Shown here piece by piece: positions 10,723 to 22,081 of a stretch of 64,000 bases of DNA. The notes under the pieces were generated by a model. That model was given only the letters and a program-made list of their open reading frames with translations, did not search any database and was not told the DNA's origin. How positions within the stretch are numbered: the stretch's first letter is position 1; every line of letters starts with the position of its first letter. The position numbers and the translations under genes were made by a program. This stretch comes from Macrostomum lignano (lineage: Eukaryota). The stretch spans positions 54,301-118,300 of the forward strand of contig NIVC01001312.1 of assembly GCA_002269645.1 (NCBI GenBank). The letters are read 5' to 3'.

Positions 10723-11007
10723 TACTCAGCAACATTGAAAAGTCGCCACCCAGTGAGCAGCAGTATCTTTCGACCAGCGTCTATCACCTGGCCAACCATT
10801 TTGATATTAAAAAATGCTTGAAAAAACAATGAAAACCGGTCGGAAGCTTCAATCCACCCAATCTTCACCCTCCGCTCTTCCCAATACCTTCTCACCCAGT
10901 TAAACTCTGCGTCACGTAACGCAAGTTGCATCACTCAAAAGTCAATACTTGAGCTAGAATTTACTGCGCACTCTCAAAAGGTGGCGACTTTTTAATGTTG
11001 TTAAGTA
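10723..11007. mobile_element. 285-bp Tc1/mariner-type MITE with TA flanks
   Basis: TA|TACTCAGCAACATTGAAAAGTCGCCACC...GGTGGCGACTTTTTAATGTTGTTAAGTA|TA. The TIR resembles that of the 8760-9410 element. Confidence 0.7.
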
Positions 11008-12106
11008 TAACTGACAGCTTGTTAAAATGACCTCAGAATGGTCGAGAAGCTAACCGTTAATAATAGTGTTAGTCAATCAAACTAATCTTCACTTCTTTCT
11101 ATAAAAAGACGAAGTCTAGTGGCAAGGTTGAGAATTAAGTTGGAACCGTGAATCTTCATACCATAGAAAGCGCTGCCTACATGTATGGTGGAAATCAAAT
11201 GGCAGTACGAGCGTATAATCAAATCAAACAGAAGAGTTTACTGGAGAAGAATAATTTATCTGTCTTTAACACCCGTATAATTTGTTAAAAAGCATTGCTA
11301 TTTCACAATTTACCAGAAATAAACTGCTAAAAAAACTGCCTGAAATACGAGTAATATTGCGCGGCAGACTAATTCAAAGTTGCAAGCATCGAAACTTAAA
11401 AAGCCGGTTTGAAAATAAAGCTCAACGCCGCGAGAACAGCGATCTCAGCTCAAGGCGAGGCCTAAAAATGCACAGAGCACTGCCATCCACCCCAACGTCA
11501 CAGACCCCACCCCCATGGGTGAAGCCAAACAACTCCCAGCCAATCGCAAATGCCGGTTAACCTATGCCAAGCAAGCCGGTGTTACACTTTAGACTATCCG
11601 GGGCTTTTTTGTCTGGCCCGGATATCCGAACGCACTCACGATATCCGCCCGGATACTGCCAAGCAAAAGACTTGCTTTATTTTCTCCTTCCCGGATATCT
11701 TGAGCTGCTTTGCAATGTCCGGGCAACTTTGAGGTGTCTCCCCCGGACATCCTACGGCACTGACTCTGCTATCCGGCCCCGAGATCACAAGAAGGGGAAG
11801 TTGTCTTGGGACATCCGACTGTAGGTTGAAAGGGAGGGGGTCAGTCTGGAGACAAAGGTTTGCTTTAGGACATCCGGCTACTGATATCCGGGGTTAGAAA
11901 TCGCAAAATTTCGAGATTACTTTTCACTAAGTAAAAAATAACTTTTTGATACTTTTTCAATTGGTAAACATCTGCGTCATGCTTATTTAACGCTGTATAT
12001 TTCAATAACAATTTCGCGTTTCACACACTCCAACAAAAATCGAAGCTACGCTCGCACTTCGTCAAACAAAAAGCAGTTTGTTACTCCATTCACCAATCTA
12101 ATTCGA

Positions 12107-13260
12107 TCAATCAAAAACAGGCGATCCGCTGAATGAAGCGTGACGAGCCACAGCCTTCTTCAGATGCTCTCCGTTTACAAATTTTGAAAACACAGCCAGC
12201 TGAAAAGTATTTTTGCCGAGACATTTGATGATTCGGTAGACCCGCTCACTCCACGTCTTCTGTAGCTTTACGCCCTTCCTGTCGTCTCGGCGTGCATTTT
12301 GAAGTCTCACCCGATCTCGAACCTTGAACTTCTCAGCTCGAGTTCGTAAAGCTTCGTGGCGCCTTTTTATTCGCTGTTGGCTCAATTTGATTCTCCGCGC
12401 GATGAATTTTCGGGATGCAGCTCGCTGTTTGTTCTTCTCGATCATCCAACCCCGATTTACAGGTGCCAAATCGGGCTTCAAGGAAGTAGACAGCAGCGCC
12501 ACTGTCTCGTTGCCTAGCAAAGGTTCGAAGCTAAATGCGGCCTGGAATGGTAAAATTCCAGTGACTGAATGTCGTCGGCTACTGTAGGTCAGTTGAATTT
12601 CATTGAGCCTGGTGTCCCAGTCAGTTGGATTATCCGATGAGCGACACTTTCTTAATAGACTGATGCAGTTCTGGTTCAAGCGCTCGGTCCGTCCGTTAGT
12701 CTCTGGGTTATATGCGCTCGTCTTTCAGTTCCACCAGATTCTAGAAGGACGTCAATAATTGAGTTGCGGAACTCCCGTCCCTGATCGCTGAGGATGATGC
12801 GCGGCAAACCGAACAGTGCAAAGAGGTCCTTCAGTTCCTTCGCGATGGGCGCAACTTGGATGTTAGACAGAGCCCGGAACACAGAAAACTTCGTAAATTT
12901 ACAGCACACTGTCAGAATATACGAGTACTTGGATCCTGAATCAGTGGTTGTTGGCATCGTGATGCAGTCGACACAGAGAAACCAAAAAAGCCTGTTCGCA
13001 TTGTCCGGAATTTCAATCGGATGAATTTCGCTTTGCTTGGTTGAAAATTTCTTGTTGACAAATTCGCACTTGGCGCAAGCTTTCACAACGGATTTGGCTA
13101 TTGGCGATACAGGGAATTCAACGTCGCGAAGTATCGCGAAGTACGACGACGTAGAGAGGCTCAATGTGCTCTTTATACCTACGTAACTTCCCTGAATGTG
13201 CAAAGCTTGCATTTTGCTCTTGACTTCTGCGATGTCGTAAAAAACTTTGCGCTTCTCTTC
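12107..13260 (-). mobile_element. Ginger1/Gypsy-type DDE integrase remnant with one frameshift near 12720
   Basis: Zn-finger remnant (LH...CAKC), core LCVDCI and ILSDQGREF, then after the frameshift TSAYNPETNGRTERLN, WD...Y...HSVTG..PF and a GPY/F-like RKGVKLQKTWSERVYRI. No RT or RNase H is adjacent. Confidence 0.85.
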
Positions 13261-13487
13261 AGACCTCTTTCTCTGACTGTCCGCTTTGTTCTTGACTTGA
13301 CAGTACAACGAGCCTTCTTCTCTCCTCTCTCTTCTCTTTTCTACTCTCCTAGCCTAATTCATCTCTCCTCTCCTCTCGTCTCCTCTTTGCTCCTTTATTC
13401 CCTCGCCTCTCCCTTCTCCTATCTCCTTTCTTTCTTTTTATTACCTCTCATCTCCACCTTCTTCCGGACCGCAGTCATGCTCTAGGT

Positions 13488-13930
13488 CAGGGGTCGACAA
13501 ACTTTTTTACCTCAAGGGCCAGATCGAGAACCTGGCGCATGACTGCGGGCCAGAGAAAGGGAGAGAGAAGAGGCTAGTGAATGAAGGAGAAGAGAAGAGA
13601 TAAAATAGAGAGAGGTGGGGAGAGGAGAGACGGGAGGAGAGAGGAGGAAAGGGAGGAAGAAGATAGAGGAAAAGGGGGGAGAAAAGAGAGAGGAGGGAAA
13701 GGAGAGGAGAAGGGAGAGGAAAGGAGAGAACTAGCATTAGAACAGAATTCGAGAGAGGAGAGGAGAGGACAGGAGAGATAAGAAGGGAGGTGAGAGAAGA
13801 AAACTGAGAAGAGACAAACCTTGAGCGGGCCGGATTGCTATTGTGAAGTTTCAAAGGACCCGAGGGCCGGATAGAGAGGCTTTGCGGGCCGCATGTGGCC
13901 CGCGGGCCGGAGGTTGCCGCGCGACCCATG
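13488..13930. mobile_element. hAT (Charlie-like) MITE nested inside a truncated, oppositely oriented copy of the same family (outer copy about 13310-14137)
   Basis: Ends CAGGGGTCGACAAAC and GTTGCCGCGCGACCCATG; GGCCCGCGGGCC motif; purine-rich interior; 8-bp flanks CTCTAGGT / CTCTAGCC (NTCTAGNN-type target). Confidence 0.8.
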
Positions 13931-13937
13931 CTCTAGC

Positions 13938-14137
13938 CTCTAGGTTCTTTATCTGGCCCTTGGGGTAAAACAGTTTGCTGACCCCTGCTCTAGGTTCTTT
14001 ATCTGGCCCTTGGGGTAAAACAGTTTACCGACCCCTGCTCTAGGTTCTCTATCTGGCCCTTGGGGTAAAAAAGTTTGCCGACTCCTGCTCTAGGTTCTTT
14101 ATCTGGCCCTTGGAGTAAAAAAGTTCGCCGACCCCTG
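13938..14137. repeat. 4 x 50-bp tandem array made of the hAT MITE terminus
   Basis: Units 13938-13987, 13988-14037, 14038-14087 and 14088-14137 each begin with CTCTAGGT and end with the TIR GTTTGCCGACCCCTG. Confidence 0.92.
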
Positions 14138-15666
14138 ACATAAGCGAAATGAGCAAGCGTGAAAAAACAGCGCGCCTGTTGGTTGCCGCTGGAACCCCTA
14201 GTAAACAAGGTGCAAGAAAATCCTGTTCTATACGACCTTCGGCACCCTGACAATCGAAATACCTGGAAAAGGACGATCAAAAAAGTGCAATATGCTAGGT
14301 TTTTCGTTAGCTCGCGCCAGTTATATCAATAATTGCGCTGGCCTTTGTACTCTGATACAGACTGTACACTGGTATTAAATTCAAAGCACAAAATAGTTTT
14401 CTCAAACGTGCTGAAAATATGTACGATTTTTGGGCTCAGCTGGAGATATGTGCGCACAGTATTGCTCGAGTAACAAATTGGAAAACTTGCATCGCCCTCC
14501 TCTAAACCCCAGCCCAGTCATTCTCCTCAGTATCAGTCAGTTGATTGCAGTGCGCTTATCAGGTAAATACATGCAACTTGACCAACTTGCCACCCCAATC
14601 TTTATTCACCCCGGACAGTTCAAGACCAAGAATATTTCAAAGCCGATTTTGTTGTGCCATGGATTAATCCAGCGTAGGATATCGCAAAGCGAAAAACATT
14701 TTGCTTTGCGATGTCCCCAGGACAAATTAAGCCCCCCCCCCCGGTGAACGGAGAGCCTAACACCGGCTAGGCAAACCGGTCAATATTGCTGTGAGCGGTC
14801 TATTTAGTAAACTCGTTCATGTCAGTGTAAGACTTTAAACTGGAACCCCAATCCCAGCTCCAGACGAAATCCCTGGGGTAAAGCAGATCAGTGGTAAAAG
14901 CTTATCACTCGCGCCACGACCCCTAGTTCGATTCGATGATCGGCCACATAAACTTGAGGCTTATATGCCATGTCGCTTTGTCCCAATAAATCTCTACTAA
15001 GACCTACATGTACTAAGAATCTGAGGCAAAGTTCAATGCAGAAAAAATCTGCCACTTGGCTAAATATACCGCAAGAAAAAGCGCATTGCGGACAAATCTC
15101 GGCGGGCACTTCGTCTGCGGGAATTTCCAGTGCTCCCGAGAGGGGCATACCTGACGATTAGAACGTAAGGGTCTCTGTAGACCCTGTGTGAGCTTGTGCA
15201 TGAGTGCGTGCCTGCGTACAGTATTGGCTCTCTGGCATCTGCTCAGGAGTCAGTGGAATGAACAGAATTTCCTCATCGCTGGTTGTAAGATGATGTCCAA
15301 AACTTGCATACGAAACCATCCAAACCAAATCCAAAAGGCAAGGCTCACCAACGCTAATAGTGCAAAAAAACTCAAATCAACAAAGCAAAATAGAAACCAT
15401 AAAAATTTGAGATGATTCAAATCAATTGACTTGAAGGCATTTAGACTTTACCACAAAAAGAAAAAATTTTTTTCTGTAAATCTCAAATTTCTTGCACAAT
15501 TGCCAACGACATGAAATCCGAAGCCACGAAACTTGAAACTGAACTGCCAGTGCCAATTAATTTGAAACATAAAACTGCAGAGATTCTTGGTTCTGGCTAT
15601 AAAAACCCAAGGAATTAAATACTTGAGAAGCAGATCTTTGATTATCCTATCTCATTTGCACTCAAC

Positions 15667-18600
15667 ATGAATAACTTATTGATGCTGATTTCTATTCTAT
15701 TTCTTGGCAGCATCTGCCAAAGCTCACATGGACTGATCTTAAAAATAGGCGTCATCATAGAGGCCGGAAACTTGAACGGCTCGCTCATCGACGTCGCCTT
15801 CGCCAGACGGGTCAACTACAACTGGAGAGTGCTGCAGGGCCACACACTTTCATATGTGCATGTCAATGTGAGCTCGTGCAGCTCACACCAGGCTGTCAGG
15901 ACTGGTGAGTTGAAGCATTTGCTACGCGACTCAATCGCTGCTCTGCTCAACCTGCTCAATCAATGCACACAATTGAAGCATGAATTGCACGAATGCAAGT
16001 ATGAGTGCGAGCTGTGAAACTGTGCATGTGTCTGTGTGTCTCGCTCCGCAGTGTGCTCGGAGAGCGGCCTGTCAGGTCTGATTGGCGTCGGCAGCTGCTC
16101 TCTGCTGGATGAAGTGAGCTCACTGAGCAAGTCTCTGCAGCTGCCGCTGATCGCCCTGCCGACTGGACTGTGCGACTCTGCTCGGCTGAGCAAAGGTAAC
16201 TGAGATCGATTTCTGACATCTTTCCATCATTTCTATCTGTATTCGGTTTCGACATGAAATCACGCGGAATTGCAGGCATGACCATCGTGGGCAGCCACAG
16301 CTCAGCAAACATCGTCGCTGCAGCAGCCTCCGTCATCACTTCGGACTCCGTAGCCCGTGATGTGGCTATTCTATACGATAAACAGCAGAGTGAGTGATAT
16401 TTTGACATTGATACAATAATTAGATGCCGTTTTTGAATGCGCTAGCCTCCATGACTTATTTAAGTTATTTAGAAACTTAATGTTAGGATTTTTAAATGCT
16501 ACGTATTGACTCACGCGTGTGCATCCGAATCGCTTCAGGTACAGCAGTGCTGCAGAACCTGCAGTCCAGTCTCTCCTCTGCCGGTGTGAGCAGTCTCACA
16601 TTCCGAGTGGACGACACTGTCAACGCTTCTGTTACTCCTGACCTGGTGCACCACCTCAAGCGGCTGGTCAAGAAGAAAGTGTTCAAGCTGCTGCTGCTCG
16701 CCTCTCCTCGCAATGCTCTCAGTGTGCTCAGGCTCGCCAGGGAAGCTGCAGTGATGCAGCAGAACTACTTCTGGCTCGTGCTCGACACCGGACTGTCCAA
16801 GGCCGATGTGCTCAGCGTGACGCCGGCGAACGCGAACGTCGCTCTGCTGAGAGGCAGCGTGTTCACCGAGTGCACAGCAGCAGTGATGGATGTGTTTCCT
16901 CAGTGCCAGACGGACTGGCTTCGGGTGAGCGTTTCATGTGTGCTGCTTGATGGCTGCAGGGATTCATCATGCAGCTCCGCACGTGTGCAATGCATGCCTC
17001 TGTCGCACTCGATCTCGCACTCGATCGTCGCATTCGCATTCGACAGACTCTGGACGCTCGCTTCGTAGACGCCGTAGAAGCCATGGCCAAGGCGCTCAAT
17101 GACTCGCTGCTGGATCCGGGATTCTCTCCCGGCAACGCCTCGTGTGCGCCTCTGCGCCACTGGACATCGGGCTCGACTGTGCTCAACAGACTCATGAGTG
17201 TGAGTGAGCTCACTAGCTAGCTAGCATTGACAAGCATTATTAGTTTCGAGCTGGTCTCTCCCCAATCCCTACTCGATGTGCAGATCAGCGACTATGACAC
17301 TCAGCGAGGCCTGATCTCGTTCAACAGCTTGACCAGACACTTCAGCTCGCAACGAGTCGAAGTGGTCGCGTCCTACAATGAGCTGTGGTCGTCTCCGGTC
17401 TCGATGCTGAGGTCAGCTCAGTTCGATGCATCGAGCGGAGCTCTGAGCAAGCAGTTTCGCTACAAGGGAGTCAGTTTGGCATTCCCCAACACCTTCATGG
17501 GGTTTAAGAACCAGACCATCATTGTTTGTACACCTGAGGTACTGTTTCTCATTAACGTTTATTTGAGACTATCTTTAGTGCACGTGCGTAGCTACGTTAT
17601 ATGTATACTAAACCGGAAATATATTTTTCAGAGCTCTCCACAGACGGTGTTTCAGCAGATATTTCCAAACAAGACAGTTATTATCAGCGGAATGGTTTCG
17701 GATGTGCTTAGTTTTTTAGCGTGGAAGCTTGAATTTCGGTTGGTGCTTTGTTATCTGTTTAGTTACTATAAAAATCCTAATTTTAATAAGTCCTCTATTT
17801 TTTGTAAGGTTCATCACTAAGGACTCTAACGACGGAAACTGGGGTACTCCTCAGAGTGATTCAATCTACTTTACGGGATGCGTTGGCGAACTACAAAGAG
17901 GAGTGAGTGGGATATAGCTGAATCTGAATGGCCGATTCACGTCAGCTATTGTTTCGCATCTTGCCTTCTTAAATTGCAGGAGGTTTCACTAGCGGCAGGA
18001 CCTTTCACAAAGACTGCCATCCGTGATTCCGTCATCGACTATTCCTCAGATCTGTTTCAAGACGCCAATGCAATTCTGCTGCCAAGACCGCCGCCGAAAT
18101 CGAAGATTTGGAATGTTTTTACTCCGTTTTCGATCGGGATTTGGCTTTTGATATTGTCGTGTGTGTTTCTGACAGCTTTTATCACCTGGCTATTTGCTTT
18201 CTTCTCACCGTTCACGGCTTACAATATGAATCTTGATTACGCAATCGCTGACGAGATCTGGCTGCAGGAGTATCTGTGGAGCATCATCGGCAGCTTTATG
18301 CAGCAAGGCCAGGACTTTTATCCGTTCTGTATGTCCTCGAGAACTGTTCTGGCTTTCTGGTGGATGCTCACCGTCATTATCTATGCTTCGTTTACAGGTG
18401 AAGCTTTGTCATATTTTCTTCTAGTTTGTTTGTTGGCGCTTTAGTATGCATCCAACTGCATTTTAAACCTGCATTTTGCAATTCCAGGTGATCTGACTGC
18501 CCACCTGACTGTGACGGTCATCGACTATCCAATTAAGTCCCTGCAGGATCTGGTGTCGCAGACAGCTATTAAGCCCTACGTATTCACTGGAACAAACCTG

Positions 18601-20240
18601 CATACTTTGCTGGCTCACTCAGAGTCCGGAATTTACAAACAGGTGGCCGACAAGATGATCGAGCTTGGACCCTACGACGACTGCCCATCCAAGGTGAGTA
18701 AATTCGGTTTTGTCTTTGCCATGACCGCTGCTGGCGCCCCCCCACTCCACGAATATGCATCAATCCACGAATACCATTAGGGGCGACGTTGTTATTGGCA
18801 TATTCGTGGAGTGGGGGGGGGCGCCAGCAGCGGTGATATACCGCGCCCCACAATGGCACGACCGAGATAGCACCCCTAAATCACATGCCCGAGATAGCAA
18901 CCCTCAATCACATGATCGAGGTAGCACCCCTCAATTACGTGCCCGAGATAGCATCCCATGCCCGAGATAGCATGCCCGAGATAGCATGCCCGAGATAGCA
19001 TGCCCGAGATAGCATGCCCGAGATAGCATGCCCGAGATAGCATGCCCGAGATAGCATGCCCGAGATAGCATGCCCGAGATAGCATGCCCGAGATAGCATG
19101 CCCGAGATAGCATGCCCGAGATAGCATGCCCGAGATAGCATGCCCGAGATAGCATGCCCGAGATAGCATGCCCGAGATAGCATGCCCGAGATAGCATGCC
19201 CGAGATAGCATGCCCGAGATAGCAGTCCTCAATGGCAAGCCAGAGATATCGCACCCTGCTATGACTTCGCCCTCGCCCCTCGCTGTCAACACTCCGCTGA
19301 ACCCCAAAGATGATCCCTAATAAAAATCCTTGACGACTTGAAGTCTGATCCGCATGAATTACAATTCCGGGCCTAAACTCTTTCCAGCCGGCACAACCCG
19401 ATCAGGCCTGCATAGTTGACTACTCATACTTGCTGGCGATTGCTAGGAAAAATTGCTCCCAGTTCTACCTGGCCGATGAGCTATTTAACACGGCCACTTT
19501 GGCTTACATGTTTCAGGAGGATGCCTACTTTGCCGATTTGTTTAATTTTCAGTAAGTTTCGCTTGGTTTAATTCAGTGATCACTTCAAATTGATAAATTC
19601 ATTTCTAAGATGAAGGTCTTAAGTTTAATATAACACTAAAATTGACTATTGTCTCAACTTCTAAACTTAATAATAGCAAATGAAGCAACTAGGTGTTTTA
19701 TCAAAATTGCACCCACACTGGAGTTCCAGTCGAAGTTCAGCTGTTCCCATCTCTGTAGTGTATGTTTTCTGGACAGATTTGTGAATGCAACTCGAACAAA
19801 ACACATTCTTGCTTCATTCGGAATTCGGAAGTCCAGAAGGTGAAATATTGGAAATTCTGTGCTAAAACAACTGATAAATTCCTAACTCGCTGATGAATTT
19901 GCAGTGAACTTTGCACTATTTGCGAGTGCAGCGTCCTTGCTTTACTTGCCTCTCTCTGTATTAAATATTTCAATAGTAATTTGTTAATTCGTCAACGCAC
20001 AGCATGCAGAAGCTGCATGAGAGCGGCCAGATACAGCGCTGGTTCGATAAGTACTGGTCCAGCGACAACACCTGCAGCGTTGGCGCATCAACCGAGGCGG
20101 CATCCATCAACCTGGAAGGCGCTGGCGGGTGCTTCATCACTAGCCTGATTTTGTACGTTGTGGGACTGCTAATCCTGCTGGTGGAGCTGGCCTGGACTAA
20201 GCTAGCCAAGAGACAGCCACTTGACTGTGTGATCTACTAA
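15667..20240 (+). CDS. iGluR/IR-like paralogue 3: 12 exons, intact, 838 aa
   Basis: Exons 15667-15904, 16052-16195, 16276-16389, 16539-16924, 17047-17199, 17284-17538, 17632-17738, 17809-17902, 17980-18397, 18488-18693, 19388-19551, 20003-20240. Exons 2-12 have the same lengths and phases as paralogue 2, with no internal stop. M3 reads SFTGDLTAHL and the protein ends KRQPLDCVIY*. Confidence 0.92.
18721..18836. repeat. GC-rich inverted repeat (about 35-bp arms, about 40-nt loop) in intron 10 of paralogue 3
   Basis: ACCGCTGCTGGCGCCCCCCACTCCACGAATATGC (18724-18757) pairs with GCATATTCGTGGAGTGGGGGGGGCGCCAGCAGCGGT (18798-18833). Confidence 0.85.
18860..19224. repeat. Degenerate 27-bp units grading into a perfect 14-bp minisatellite (GCCCGAGATAGCAT), about 19 copies
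   Basis: The perfect run spans 18960-19224 and is preceded by three to four longer diverged units with the same CCGAGATAGCA core. Confidence 0.95.
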
Positions 20241-22081
20241 TCAGATTTAAATCGACCGTATCGATTGGTTACAACTTTTTCACCGCGTTGTCTAAAGGCA
20301 CCAGTAGTCATTAGAAGCACAACTAAATGCACCAAGATATCCTCACTAAGTACTTGCTGTTTTCCCTAATTCAAAGGCTGTAGGTGACAAAAATGCAAGA
20401 ACGACGCTCGGATTAAATATAATTCCAGCGATTTTAAAAGTCCAATCACCAAAGCAACACGAACAACAGCAACAAAATTAAATAAGCAAAACTAGTGTCA
20501 CAGGGCGCGCTTCTGGACTTGGTCGCCAACGCAGGCCCACCGAAGCCGGAGGGACCGCACGCCTGTCCTCACCGATAAGGAGCCTGCAGAGTCAGTGCGA
20601 CTCGAAGAACCTAACAATCAGTTCTTTAATTAATCGTGTGGATGCTAAAATGCAGTTGACTGTTTAGGCCCTCTTGAAAGTATAAATTCGGTAAATGACA
20701 GGAAAAACTGTGACTAGGAAATAGTTCTTGTTTTAATTAGTGTCGAAAATTATCTAAGGTCCTAGGTGTCAGATCCTGCTGTACTGAATAATTTCATCAT
20801 TAATTTAAACAAGCACATCCACCTCTATAATTATTAAATATTTGCGAGCACGTAGTTGTACTACAAAAAATAATTATTACAGCTGCTGCTGTCAACATTC
20901 TTTATGTTCTTTATTATTCAATTTCTGTTTCTGTTTTACTAATGACACATAAATGCGTTAGAAAAATGACTGCCTGTAGCATATTTTTAAAAGCAAACCT
21001 ATAGCACCGTTCACAGAAAATATCGAGAAGAGAACACACTTGGCAAGAACTCGAAGACACTAATAAAAGAGTCAATAAAAGCGCTGGTTTTAGGGGACGA
21101 TGTCGCCGAAGGCGTTTCTGCAAGGTGTCCAATCAGCACTCATTCTAATTTATTGGTATTATTTTATCCTTACCCAATGAAACAAAAATGGATTGCCAAG
21201 ATAGCAAGTCACACAGAAGTGTCCGAGTCAAATAAAAAACAAACAAAGTCCCAAAGTAAAAGTATCACGTTGAAATCCAGTCACAAGTTCGACTCTGAAT
21301 CCTAGCTGTGAATAAGGTAAGTCAAGGTACAAAAATGTAAAAGAAATGAATTTATTGCCGTAATTTTGGGTACTCCCTATTGCTCGACGAGCTTCTTAAA
21401 ATTTGACGCTTCTCAATAAAATACCTATAAAGATAAAAGAGCTCTGAGAGTTAGTGATTTTTGTGGAAATCTTTTTCTAAGACATCATTAAAACAAAGCT
21501 GAAAGAACCAGATAATGATTGAATCACATATGACAAGCCCTTTGAAGACTTTGATTTACCAAACTTTAAAGCAACCAATAGCTCTATCGCAAGACGGAAG
21601 CTGTATCCTTGAAAAAACGAGAATATGCTCCATTCAAACAAATATTGATCTTTAAAAAAGACGTAATGACATAGCAAAAGACAAAGGCAAAAAGCAAAAC
21701 AGCCTATGTTAAACAACATACTGGGAAGCATTCCTAGAAATTGTTCTTAGAGCCTAAGTAGTACCATTGCAGTTATGATTTCACCGATTCGACCGGAAAA
21801 ACCATTTCCAAAGAGTAATTATTCATTGATTCACTGTCTTCCTTATTGAAATATATTTCAGCCACGCGTTTATATAAACCCTAACCAGGGTCCGCCATTG
21901 GCTGCAAAAAATCCTTTCTACAAGCGAAAAAGAGCAGATAAAATAATTGCTTTTTTCGACAGTAAAAACTATCAGAGCTTACACGCATTTAAATGACACA
22001 ATGAAAAGTTAAAAGAGCGTAAAAAGACTTAAAATCACTAAAACAAGCTACAACCAGAAGAGCAATACGTCTGAAACACTT

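Noticed and set aside
13198-13929. Hydrophobic L/S/F-rich and charged E/R/G-rich ORFs (also 28258-28575, 29202-29509)
   Set aside because: They are translations of the polypyrimidine/polypurine core of the hAT MITE.
20914-21132. Small minus ORF with a hydrophobic stretch and three Cys, resembling a secreted peptide
   Set aside because: It needs a non-ATG start, lies in AT-rich intergenic DNA, and has no splice or motif support.
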